The position numbers and the translations under genes are program-made. Of a stretch of DNA of 64,000 bases, positions 37,814 through 51,136 are shown in pieces (within the stretch, counting starts at the first letter, position 1; each line of letters opens with the position of its first letter). The notes below the pieces were generated by a model. It was not told the DNA's origin. It ran no database searches and was given only the letters and a program-made list of their open reading frames with translations. This DNA comes from Chlorokybus atmophyticus (Eukaryota > Plantae > Mesostigma and Chlorokybus algae), in contig RHPI01003642.1 in assembly GCA_009103225.1 (NCBI GenBank), forward strand, positions 983,099 to 1,047,098. Direction: 5' to 3'.

Positions 37814-40534
37814 TTACAGCTGCAAAAAGCCTGCTCCTTGCACTGGAACAGCAATTGTAATCGCCTGCTCTGCGTTGGCAGAGCCGAGTCCACGCTGTAA
37901 GTAGTACCCCTTGACAATGGCAGCTTTGCACGTTGCAAGCTGATCCTCGGCAACCAGTGCAACGACACACCCTCCCATTCCTGCTCCTGTGAGCGATGCA
38001 CCTAGTGCACCTGCAAAGGCCAAGCAGTACGTTGATAATTTTAATAACAAGAGCCCAGCACAATGTCACTGGCTGTCACAGCATGTCTCCAACAGCTGAC
38101 CTGCGCTGATGAGCAGCGACTGTAAAGTGTCAAGCTCTTTAGTGCTTGCGCGAAAGACTCCAGGGACAAGCTCCAGCGGTCTATTCTCATGTGCAAGCTC
38201 CTCAAGCTTGGTGTCAGCGACATTGAAGCTGGCATCCGGTAAATCCCCAGCATGACCCACGTTCATCAGCTCGCCAACCTCGTGCAGCACCAAGTCTCTT
38301 CGCTCAGTTGTGTGCGAGTGGGCTGCCTCTTTCAGCAGCAGGTGGAAGCGTCTGCTGCGCTCGCACTCCGCTACTATGAACAGTGTTGGCCCCCGCAACA
38401 TTACCTGTTTGCGTGCGCGTGTTTGTAACCATCAAACTGAGCATCACTCCTTATTCATGGGCACAATGTGTGTGACTGGCTTTGCCCAAGTGCTATACCT
38501 GCGACGGGCGTTTGTCAACGGGTATTCTCTTGATCCATGTGTCAGTGGCCTGTTGTATCGTTGCCTGTAAAGCGGGCCAGCGCGAAGCCAAGTCCTCAAC
38601 TGTTGCGTGTGCTGGTATGTGCTGAAACAACTTGTAAACCGCCACATTGCCACCCTGCAAAGACCAGGATTCACACGCAGCAGCTATGATGCTGCAAAAC
38701 CAACGCACAGCAAAGCTACGACACTTACCAAGTCGGCCAATCCAGCTCCGCAAACACGCGCGACCCTGTCGAGCACATTTGCGACTGCGTCGCCATATAG
38801 CTCGCGTGCAGCTTCTTGAAGCGCTCCGCAAGCCAATGTGCTTGCAAAGCGTGGAAGGGAATAGTTTACAGCCGCATCTGCTCAACAAGACATCAAGCCT
38901 TCCGATAGTCTAGAAGAGTTTGCGGTAGATGGAGTTGATCAGGCCATCGTTGCTAGCTGTGCCAATATGTAAACTACCACATATGGTGTGTGGACGAGTT
39001 AAACAATGTTGGGGGTCACTTCTTTCAGCTGCACTCACCGCCTGCAAGGTTTCTTGTGCAGCAAGTGTCTGCAATGAGCATGCGGTATCCAATAGGAAAC
39101 GGTGCGTAGCGTACTGAAGGTAGGATTCCATCCAGATCGTGCTCGTAAAAGTTGGCGTGTACAACCTGTGTGGGTGCCAATTTGGCAGGGGTCAAAAAAA
39201 TTGTTGCGTCCACAGAGAGCAACAGGTGGTCAACACCCACCTGCCCAAGGCGTGCAAACTTCATAGCGCCAGGGTCACCCAGCCCGGTCGATGCACCAGC
39301 CAGCCTTTCCGTCGCTCGGCACAGTTCTAGCTCCTCAACTGGGTCTAGCTGACAAGCAGTGTACACGGCTATTGATGAGAACGACAGCGTGCTTGTGTTA
39401 ATGATGTTATCAAGTTGCACCTGCATGTTGTTGGATGCTGCTGCCAGATTGAGCAGTGTCACATCCAACGCCGCTGAGGATGACAAGCCTGCATGCACGC
39501 AATAAATGAAGTGCGAATAAAGAGAGACAATTCGTTGTGCAAATTCGCGGCGGAAATGGCAGCATCATAACAACAGAAACCCATGTCTGCATGTTGGCTT
39601 ACCTGCTCCTTCTGGAATGTTGCTAGCCACCAACACCTTTATGCCTCGGATCACGCCCTTGCGATCCGTGGCTGCCAGTTGGCGCTGCAGAGACAAGTAC
39701 GTGGCGTACACGTAGCGCGCCCATCCCGTCAGCGAGGCCACAACCTGTGAGGATTGGCCTTTGTCTTACTTAGTATGACATAAATCTTCTAAGACAGAGC
39801 AACGCGACTGGCGTGTGAAGTTTTGCAGACCTGATCTTCCGATTGATCCACTAGGTCTGATAGTTTGAAGCAGATCCGCTTGTGTGCCTGTGTTACTTAA
39901 CATTGGTCAGCAGAACATGGTCTCAACACGCAAGAGCTCGCCAGCAGCCGTGTTTTACGGTTTCCTCGACGCATTGCAGTCACCTTGTTGGCATTGTCAA
40001 CGCACACTTCGTCGCCGTCATCGTCTTCACCCCACCAAGCGGCCGCAATTGTCTCGCGCTGAATAGCGATCGCATTGCATGCACCTCCATGACTGTGCGC
40101 ACAGAAGTTCAATAGTGAGCACAGTGACTTGACAAGCTGATGTCGAAAGCCTCAGTATGAAGTGCAGAGTAAGCGCATGCATGCCCACACCAGCTCAAGT
40201 CATGGCTGGATTGAATGTACCTGTCAATGTGCATGCCACGCAGATTCACTCGTGCTGGTGTGCGTGCCAATGCGACACGTGCATCACCCAGCTCAGGGTA
40301 GACGCTCTGAAACTCATTGAGTATGCTGATCCAGGCCTTGCTGCGCTCATCAACGAGCGCATGGTCAGGTCCGTATACAGCGTGAAGACCATCAGGCGGT
40401 AGCGTGGCAGTGGGGAAGCCATTGCTGCTGTTTTGGTGGCATGCTTGCGCTTGCGGCTGGTCCTCGTGCTGCTGCCGGTCGTAATCTAACAGCTTCTGAA
40501 CCCACTCACTGATCGTGTGCCGTTGCGGACTCAT
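37814..40534 (-). CDS. Galactokinase-family GHMP sugar kinase, atypical (spliced; may extend upstream through the gap)
   Basis: Contains ARTPARVNLRGMHID|SHGG, GWARYV, SNIPEGA|GLSSSAA (GHMP ATP loop), ERLAGASTGLGDPGA and GALGASLTGAGMGGCVVALV. Stop is at 37814. Confidence 0.86.
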
Positions 40535-40687
40535 TGTCCCCAAGCAAGCATCAACTGTTCTGCACACATTCAATGAGTAAGTGGGAGTGGCAGCACGTGT
40601 GTATGAGCGTGCACGCACAGCAGTACGTTCTGTACAACACTATATGCGAGCGCGCATGTGTGGGTGCGTGCACACACGTCTAAGTGG

Positions 40688-40970
40688 NNNNNNNNNNNNN
40701 NNNNNNNNNNNNNNNNNNNNNNNNNNNNNNNNNNNNNNNNNNNNNNNNNNNNNNNNNNNNNNNNNNNNNNNNNNNNNNNNNNNNNNNNNNNNNNNNNNNN
40801 NNNNNNNNNNNNNNNNNNNNNNNNNNNNNNNNNNNNNNNNNNNNNNNNNNNNNNNNNNNNNNNNNNNNNNNNNNNNNNNNNNNNNNNNNNNNNNNNNNNN
40901 NNNNNNNNNNNNNNNNNNNNNNNNNNNNNNNNNNNNNNNNNNNNNNNNNNNNNNNNNNNNNNNNNNNNNN
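40688..40970. other. Assembly gap (283 N)
   Basis: Run of N. Confidence 0.99.
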
Positions 40971-41347
40971 GGGGGGATCGAGATATGAGCAACGTAGCAC
41001 AACACACCAGCACCTGAGCGCCAAGGTTTGGTAAGCTACGGAACGCCATTGAGCCCGGACAGCAATGCCAGCTGGCACAGCTGCTCACGCAAAGCAAGCT
41101 GGAACTTACTTGTCCCTGGCGCCTTCTTACGGATTGAGCTTTGTGCCCAAAGCAAGCGCAATGCACAGGTAGGCAAGCTGATAACCGTGTCTTACAAGCT
41201 TACAACAACTACTCTGAGAGCACCTCCCTCGCCTTCTCCGCCTTGTCCTACGCCGCCTAAGGCACCGCCGCCTGGGTGGTTGCAGCAAGCTGCTTGTGTG
41301 CAGGTGGTGGTTGCTTGCCCCGAGTTGTGCCCGACTTAGCCTAGGCG

Positions 41348-41354
41348 ATGAGCC

Positions 41355-41386
<32 letters not shown>

Positions 41387-43512
41387 TTGTGCGTGCTGCG
41401 GGGACACGCTGCGGAAGTGCAGGCGGTGACCTTTCTGCCGGAAGGAGGCGCAGGCGGCGGAAGGCGGCTGGCCTCAGGGTCAGTGGGATGCAACGTCTGC
41501 AAGCAGCATGTTGTCAACCTGAGTCATGTCGCTTGCTTGTGTTAAACAATAAGCTACTATTACAACTCCCTAGGAACTGCGAGTCATAATAGTAGCTTAT
41601 TGAGTGTGCGTATGTTTGACACAAAACTTATGCGTTTGAGCCGCTTTGGTCTGCTGCCTTGCTGGGCTTATGCATGCATGCTAACGTTCAGCAGTAGCAG
41701 CGTAGCTGCTGATGCCTGTTATGCAAAGCGATCGTGATGAAGACCCTGTTGCCATGACGAACCAAGCTAAAACACTTCGTTGACATGTTTGCCTGCAACT
41801 GTACGGGAACTCAAGTCCGCTATGTATGTTGAGTTTCTCTATCCTGCATGTGCGCAGGGACTCTCAAGGAGAAGTAAAGATTTGGGACCTTCCAACGCGC
41901 CGTCCATTGGTGACCTTCAGGCACGCTTGTCACCAGAGGAAAATCAACTATTTTGTTGCTGTTTGGTGTTATTGTCGTGCAAACCCAGCTATGTTGCTTA
42001 CGTTCTGTCTGTGTGATGACCAGGGCTCATGGGACTCAGTCCGGGGTTATGGGGTTGGCTGTAGTGCAGTCATCATCCGAGCATCCAGAGTTACTGCTCA
42101 CGTAAGCTGCTGCTGCCACTGTGCATGTGTTTGGCTGCTGATCAGTCGTCAGCTAGTCAAGTGTGCCCGCTTGCCTATGAAGCGCTGATAGTAGCATCCA
42201 GGCAGGGTCGGGATGGGTTGATCAAGTGCTGGGAGCTTACGCGCGAGGGGCTCCCTGGAAGGTACGGCATCAACATAGGGCGCATGTGAAACTGCGCTGT
42301 GTCCAGCGCAGCAAGCGAGTGAGTTTCTTTGTATCGCAGTGAGCCAGTATGCATCATCGACACCGGTGCTTATGGCTTTTGCAAGCTGGCCGTGTTGCCT
42401 CCTTTCCATGAAGGTGCAGTGCGGTCTATTACCCTGGTGACACTACATGGCCTCGCACTACACGGCCTCACACATGCAGCATGTATACATGACCAGGTGT
42501 GTTGGTTGCGGCTGCTACTGGGGAAGCGGGCGAACTGTGCGTATGGGACATCTCAACAATGACGCGAGTATGTACGTGGACTCAAAGGTACTTGCAAAGT
42601 CTCTTTTTATGAATTTGCCTCATGTTGGCCTTGTTGTATGCATGGCAAGCCAACGGTTGCACAGTACAGCAGGCATGCTCACAAGTGTCGCACTGTTCCG
42701 CTGGAATGGCCAAGTGCACGCAGTTGCGGGCTACGAAGATGGAAGCATGTGCTTGTGGAGAATGCAAGATGCGGAGCCTGTCAGCACAGTCAAGCTGCAT
42801 AGCGAACCGGGTAACTCTCCAGTCAATGCAATCTTGTTAAGGTGGTGGTGCCGTTGCTTCAACTGACTGTCTGTTATGCAGTGCTTGGTGTGGCTGTTAG
42901 CGAGCGTGGAACGCATATAATGAGCGGGTCTGCGGATTGTGAAGTGATCCACTTGGTAGTGGATGCATTGGCACGTAGCATAAAGGTTCTTCACAGGCAT
43001 CAGATACCCAAGCCGGGAACGGATGCTTTGGCGGTCAGGAGCGACGATGCATGCTTTGCTGCTGGAGGTTGGGATCGTCGAGTACGGGTGTACAACATGT
43101 GCGGCCAGAGAGCATGCGTGCTCAAGTACCATTCTGCCGCTGTCACTGGGCTCAGTTTTACAGGTATGGCTTTATGAATACATGTCGTTCTGTGTTGCCA
43201 ACCTGGAGCTCACTCTTTGACATTGCATGTCATCACTATGCATGTGTGATGTTTTGCTTGTTGGCAAAGCAGTCAATGCCGATGACCGGCAAGCGTGTTG
43301 TACTCTTGAAGCTTTGTTATGTGCATCCATTGTTTGAGTTTACATTATGCTATTGGCGGCAAGCATCCAGTACATTGACTCTGAATATAGGTGATGGGCA
43401 GCTGCTGGCGTCAGGGTCACGTGACGCAACTATTGCACTGTGGTCGGTGCTGCCCCCGCGTGCTCTGCCACAAGTTCCTCTTATGGAGTTGATGTCCCCA
43501 AAATCCCAGTAA
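41348..43512 (+). CDS. DSE1: WD40 protein of the GNB1L/ASA1/DSE1 family (spliced)
   Basis: Contains EPLCVLRGHAAEV, DSQGEVKIWDL, QGRDGLIKCWEL, GFCKL, AGYEDGSMCLW, FAAGGWDRRVRVY, VLKYHSAAV and LASGSRDATIALW. The motif order matches Arabidopsis DSE1 and human GNB1L. Confidence 0.85.
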
Positions 43513-45802
43513 CACATGAAAGTCAGCAGCTGGACGCCAGCGTCCATTGCTAAATCGATGTGCAGCTTGTGCACATTGAAATCTGGCAGCATCTGCATCC
43601 TGGTGAAATGTTTGCCACCTTCAGAACATGGTCGAGTTCTGCCTATGAAGGAACCACTGTTGATTCCTTACAACAGAGCAAAATAAGGTGCTTGGTATGC
43701 ATGCATGAGGGCTGGATACATTGATCACCTGACATTGCTCTCCTTGCTGCTTCCTGCGCTGACAATTGGCGTACAACATTTGCTGACGCCTAAACATTTG
43801 CAGGCGGCCATTTTGGTTTGAACTTGCATAAGCCCAACAAAACTGGCTGCTTACTAACAGAGTCTCAAAGACTCCGAGCTTGTTAGTACGAGTCGGAGTA
43901 ACAGATTGTATCATGTATATATCGGGTGCACAAACAATGCGTAATAGTATTGCACACAGAGAGAGCGAGAGAGCAGAGGGAGGGGGAGTCCGTCTGCTTT
44001 GTGCTGCTGCCACAACTACAGCCACACCGGTGCCTAACTGTGGGGACTCTACTTGTGTACAGGTAACTACGCATGCATGTTGACTAACGGGGCAAAGGCT
44101 TAGCGAAAGTAGCTACCTAGTTTGTATAGGTAGCCCGGTGGTGTAAGAAGTTGTTTGCTGGCGTGTGCAAGTGTGCGTGTGTGTGTGCATGTCATGTTCA
44201 CAATGCAATGGGGTCACATGCATAACATTGCATATATTTACACACATAGCGACATGCATAGTGAGCAACATGCAGAGTGACATAGCGCATGCAATTCACA
44301 CAATTGTAAGATTGCCCACCGGGTTCATTCACTAGCTAACACATTACACCCATGCATGTAATAGCTTAGGCAGAGCAGTCATACTCCTTTTGTACACTAC
44401 ACTATCCCTAGTACCCCGTCAGCCACGCAACCATGCACATTGGTAGGTGGTCACCTGCCCACATAGCCATTGTATGTGCACATGCACATGTACAAACAAT
44501 GCGGAACGTCATTGCTCGTACAGAGTGTCATGCATTGTTTGTTAGCATAGATACAGCACGCTGCAGGCAGTCATTCTCATAGCGACTAACCACGCCCGTG
44601 TGGACATGACAGTTATTAACCACTTGCATGCTTGTTTGACCAACAGGGCGGGTTAGGAGTAGGATATTATAAAATATAGCTATAGTACTAGCCCGGTGGT
44701 GGTTGGTTGAATAATATGTGATGATTGTTGCATGTCACTATGGTTGGCACACCATGTATGCGGGCTCAGCAGTATACCCCTTCTGTATATACACTCAATC
44801 ACCGGGCTGTACTACTACACTTGTGCACACACACAAAACCTACAATGATGTGTAGAATAGCGGTCATACAATACCATATGGAGTATAAAAGCACTACACT
44901 TTACGCATTCCAGCTGTCCGGCAACCTGTAACCCGGCGGGCATTGGAGCACTATCACCGCCACCATAACTCCTTAAAAACTTTCTTTCAACACGGCACGT
45001 CATCCCATCATCACAGCACTGCCATTAATGCCGCTCACACACGCATCTTGCATTCTATGTACAATGTCACACTTGTAAAACACTATCTCGTAACACCCCC
45101 CTTCCCTTCCGTCCCCTTCCCTTCCCTTCCGCCGCGCATACGGCACCAATGTGGCTAGCTGCGGGGCTTGCAGTATTAATAAACTTCAACATCCCTGGAG
45201 TGCCGGGCGCTTCAATAGCTAGCTAAGTGACATAATCATCATGAAGTTTTTAGGCTGTTGGCATTGAGTAAAGCGAGACAAACACCACCTCACCGTCACA
45301 ACCGGCATAACTTAGACCCCGCTTGAAGATGAGTAGATAATTGTTATGCATGGCAAATTATATCATGCCACATGTGGTATTCAGTTTATGACATATGAGG
45401 TCAACTTGCCAATAGACTTTCTCATCGAGCCGATATTGCACAACATCACCCGTAAATGGCCGCTTTACGTGGCCATTAAACTCAGCTTGTTTATCGGGTA
45501 CATTCTATACTGCGAGTTACTGCTGAACGATCTTTGTAATACTCAATCCGTGGCATTAAATTCTTGTGAATCATTCAAACTTTCAAGCGCTATCAGCACC
45601 TAGAACGAATTTGTATTCCATGAGTGTAGACATGCGCATTGTCAATCCATATTTGTAGTGATGTCTATAGTATTTATGATTGGTATATACTATCAATGTT
45701 AAAAGTTTTTTAGCAAGCATCACATTGACAATTGTAAATACTAATGTTATTTTATCTGTTGAAGACACACCCACATTAGACCAATTTGCAGGCTGCAAGT
45801 CA

Positions 45803-46046
<244 letters not shown>

Positions 46047-49017
46047 GCGGGCTCCCTCGCCCTTTGAAAAAAATGGAAGCTAACGACAAGTCTAGTATTG
46101 ATTCAGCAGGTTGAAGCTGCTGTTAATTACAGCAAGTTTGTACGAGCCTTCAACATCAGACACCAATAAGAAAACTAACTCAACTTGTCAGCATGGCAAT
46201 GATTGGCTCACTTTAAACCAGGCAAAGGCTATTCAAACCAGTTAGACAAGGCTATTGACTTGCGCGTCTGTTTGCGGGCAACGCGTCCCACTTCTCTGCC
46301 CCAACAAACTTAAAAGCAGGTGTCACAGTCAGGTGGCAGTGCCCCATTGCTACTACCTGTATGGTACAGCGGTAGACAACTAGCATAGTGGCTGCTACAC
46401 CTAGACAAGTTCTTCGTGACTTTGTACGCTTACTGAGCGTCGCTTAGTGAGCATACCGTGTCATTCAGACATCAGCATGTACGTCAAGGAGTATACATGG
46501 TACTTGCTTGGGCAAGTTGCTAGTGCGTTGACAATGCCGTGACAGGGAGCGCAAGCTAGGACCTCGAAGAAGAAACCAATCGACAGGTTATTTCAAAGCT
46601 GGCCTCCCGCTTGTTTGCTTGTGGTAAGAGGGGTGCGCCTGGTTACCGCCACTTCCGGGCGCCACGCTGTTACCCCTAGTACGTACTGGGTCCCTAGCTC
46701 TCTGCGGCACTGCGCATACGGCTGTACTGCCTCCCTTGCAGCAAAGGCCGCAACCACCTCGTCTTTCCGCTCTGTGTGCACGTGTGTGCACGCAGGCTTT
46801 TCACGTGCGATTGAAAGTCTGCATTGCATGTAACTCGATCGTGTGTCTTGGCGGTTTCCCATGCCATTTTGTGTAGCTACTCTTGACAACCAATTGCAGC
46901 TGCAATGAAAGCGGCTTCTCTTTCACCCGTCTGCTTCAATTGCTTCGCAGGCTGCAAGCATGGGTCGAGCTGCTTTTTCGCTATCGTCAGTGGCAATGGC
47001 GGCGGCATGGATGCTGTCTCTAGCGCTGCTGACTGCCTGCTCCTTAGCCCTTTGCGTGAAAGAGTTCTACCCCTTTGGCGCTGTCAACGGCGACAAAATA
47101 ATGTGAACGTATGTGCTCGCTTGCATGATCGTGCAACTGTGCCAACAATGTTGCTCGTGTGCATGGTTAAACATGTGGTAGAAACATTGAACTTTTGGTG
47201 ACAATGTCAGTTTTACACATAGCTGGCTGGCAATCATGTCGGAAACACAATCCACTGCCCAGCAAGCTGATAATGCCTGCATGTGTCAATATGCACAATG
47301 TTCATATTGCATGGCAGTTGCTGTCTGAGGTTGTAACGCTCGTCCATGTGGAGAGCAAGTGCTAAGATTGTACTTCCAACATAGTTCGCTTGTCACATCC
47401 CACTCGACCATAAAAGACTTGGTGCTCCCATTGTCGATTCATCGGTAGAAATGGGCCCCCCAACAGTCTGGCTTAGACCACAACTTGGTTTAAGATGCAG
47501 CTGTAACATGAATGGGTATCTAGTGGCAACCGAGGTACTGATTTCTACCTTCTTTCTTGCTTGAGTCACAACTTAGTTTAGTATCTAGCTGCCATCAAGA
47601 TGAAACAGAAGGCGTGCATTAAATTCGGTATGCGTTTGTTCTTGAACTTAGTAATGGCCAAAGCCTTCACTAATTGCTAGATGGATCATGCATTAAGAAC
47701 ATTAATGTTAATGCTATGCAGTGACTTACCTATGCATCCTCAATAATGTTTTAACCTTGGTGGGCACTTTGCAATGGATTAGGTGTCTTAATTTGTTGTT
47801 TTCAATCAGCTGTTTTTGCCACATCCTTATCTTTGCGATTGATCTAGTTAGCATTAAGCTTATGATCAGCATACATCTTCACATTGTGTGCTGTCTGGAT
47901 CCGTAAAAAGCTTTTAGCCGTCTATACGAAGAGTTTCATTTGCTCAGAATACATTCTTTAACATTCATGAGAGCCTCCTCCTTTGCCTCTTGTTCTGTGC
48001 ACGTCAACTACTAGGTGAGGTATTTGTACCATAAGGAGACACACACACACATGCGTGCACTGGATTGTTTACTGGCTAAGGTCTTTACAAGTTGTTCCGC
48101 CGCAAATAACTACAGGGTTGACCGTGTAACATTGTCATCAGGAGATCACCTTAACAAACGGAGCTGCAAAAGAGCTACCACCTTGTTTGTATGTCTCTTC
48201 AGCTCATTGAGGGTCGCCAACAAGTTCTTCTTTTTTTCCTTGTTTTGCCGATTTTGCTCCTTCTTCTTTTAGCGATACTCACGTTCACCCCAATCCTTCG
48301 TGGTTTGGCAAAAAGTCCTAAACCCACCTCTGACCTGCACCATGACCAGTTACAGGATGACCACTCACACCAACCAAATTCATTTTCCAGCCATGCAGTA
48401 GTCAGTCAACACCATCTTGCTAGTTAAATTTTAAAAAGGTCATTGCATTGCAACTTGACGCAGTCACTCATTGACTTAAATCAACAGAGCTGTTACCTTT
48501 TTAGTAGGCTCGTCCGGGAGATAGAGCATAAGGATAGCCACTGCAAGTTGGTAGTTGAGTGGCGGCTGCTTCCGTTGATTCCAAAAACGCAGCCCAACAT
48601 CTCCTAGGATCCGCCTATTCTGCTACAAGATGTCTGCTGTCCTTTTTGCAATGGTCACATGCCAACCTCGCCATGAGTACTCCATCATCATCTGCTATTA
48701 AACACGAAGTCGTGCTGGTGTGCTTTAATTATGAGCAGACAGTGCTTCAATGCTTCAGTGCATTGCTGTCGTGCTTTGCATGCTTCTACTACAATGCTTT
48801 GCATGCTTCCCTTATAGTGCTTTGGATGCTACAGTGCTTTGTATGCTTCTACAAGTGGATGCTGCAAGACTGCCACTAAAGAAACACATGCTAAAACATT
48901 GCCTTTGTTGGCTTGGAAGCCAAGCTCATGGTCCCGATTGCAGCAGCTATGTAGTTGTTTGCTGCATCCTAGTCGTCATGCAGCTGCTGCTCAAAGAATT
49001 TGCCTTCTTGGCCAAAG

Positions 49018-49057
49018 TGGGGTTCCATAATGTGAATTACCACATTATGGAACCCCA
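49018..49057. repeat. Perfect inverted repeat (17-bp arms, 6-nt loop)
   Basis: TGGGGTTCCATAATGTG-AATTAC-CACATTATGGAACCCCA. Confidence 0.95.
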
Positions 49058-51136
49058 ATCTAGCTCCAGGGGTTCTCCGGTGGTTCATTGTTCATGAACC
49101 TGCTGGCTTCTCCTGACATTTTTGCTACCCTTTACTAGTGCTTCTCACCCAAAACCCGCAACCAACAACCTCACCGCCCATAACCACACTGCCAACAACC
49201 TAACCGCCCCTGCCACTAACCCCTCACAGCTACCACAGCTGAAAGCTAAAAGCTCAGATTGCAGCTCTCGTAGACAAACCGTGTGTTGCACAGTTAGATT
49301 AGACGATTAGCAGCGGAGAACTCCGAATGGTGACCGAGTGCTCACTCAAAAACCGCACAACGCTATTCTCAAGTGCGGTTGGCACAACTTGTGCGGCAGC
49401 TATCACTTGCCGCTCGTCATATGGCTAAAAGGTGACAGCTGAAGTTTTGTTTTGTATTTTTTATGTCCAATGCTGAAAATGTTTTTTGGCATACCCTAAG
49501 CCCAATGCTGCATTGCCAAGTAGGTTAAGTTACTGTATAAGCACACCCGAACATCCGCCTACTTTGACATAGCGATGGCGGCGGTGGTAGTAGTTTTGCC
49601 TATTACACTCTGGTTACCGCTAAGCTGCTCTGCTGCTAGTTCTCCAAGTGTGGCTGTTGCAGTTGCTTGCGCAATCGCTGATAGCAGTGGAATGTGTGCC
49701 TTTGTGCAACTTGGAGATCTACCAGCAGATCAGCTCAGACACAACCGCCACAATTGTATTCGCAACAACATAGTGACTAACAGATTGGTTACACCATTAC
49801 AACTATACAACTACACAACAACAAGTATACAACTACACAACAACTATACAACTACCAAACTACTACTAAAATATAGGCCTTGTGCAAGGATGACGCAAAG
49901 ATCTGACCTTGTACTTTTTATTACCTTATGGCCGTAGCAGAGCCTGCAAGGCAAAGCGGTTTGCGCTCAAAATTGTTGGACACAAATCAGGCATGCAAGC
50001 CCAACACTGGCAGTAGAGTTGCCCAAACATGCTGTTGGAGAAACTCCTCACAGCAGCACTCACATATGCACAAACACAAGGCATGTTTGCGCAGTGACAA
50101 AACTGAACACGGACTTTCGCAACACACGCGCGCGCGGGCATATACACACGTGAGGGCTTACAATCAACTGCCCCAGCTGACTGGACAACATATACACACA
50201 TGTACGCACATTTATGTGATACACATGCAAAGATGCACATATCTGTCCCTGTTGTTGCTGGAGCTCTTGCCAACTTCTTAAACACAATGACTGGCGGTGT
50301 TCTGCAAACATGCTGTAGGCAATGCTCAACCTGTTGTTAGCAGCTGTAAGAATGCCGGGACACCCAATACACAGAGCCAGATACTCTGATCTGAGTCTCA
50401 TCCACCAACACACCATGCCTAGCATGCAAGCTCTGATTTACCTGCTATCTTAGAAGCAGCCGACTGGATCATCGTACCCTTTGTTGAATGCATGCAAGCG
50501 TCTAAGTCAAATACATACCTCATGTTTGACGAGATCAACTGCACTGGACTTAAAGCGACTGGCCATCGCTAAATGGTAGCTATTTACCTGTAGATCACAT
50601 ACCATAGTTAATCAACAGTCGAGTCAAAAATGGAGCAGGGGAATGATTCTTGAGAGACACAATGCTAGCGCAAGCACACACAGAAAGAAAGCTTTTTTGC
50701 CGCAGCACAGGTAAGGCCACTGATGGATTATGCCAAAGGCTGCCCCAACGGCTTGCAGCAAACACAGCACGCGCACACGCACACACACACACACACATGC
50801 ATGGCATGCGCAAGGAAGTACGGTATGCACGTATCTGCTGTGTAGCCGCTAGCGCTGCAGCATCGCCTCCGCCGCCGCCGCCGCCGCCAACCTTGCCTAA
50901 AATCTGCATGCGAAATGGCTGCTGCAATTGCAAAACCCTAAGTCCAGCTCTAACTCTTGACGCTATACGGTGTACCGTGGACTGACGCGCAGTTGAAGCC
51001 GCGGTATACAATCCTTTTAGACGATAGTTGTGGATTTGGGTTTTCTTAGAGTTTTAGAGTTACGTACGATGGTGAGCGACGTGAGCGGCGTGGGCGGAGG
51101 AGTTGGGTTGGTGTCGTGTGCACATGGGAACTGCAG

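Noticed and set aside
29970-40534. Phosphorylase plus sugar kinase as a metabolic gene cluster
   Set aside because: Only two adjacent genes ~3 kb apart, with no shared pathway demonstrable. This is likely chance.
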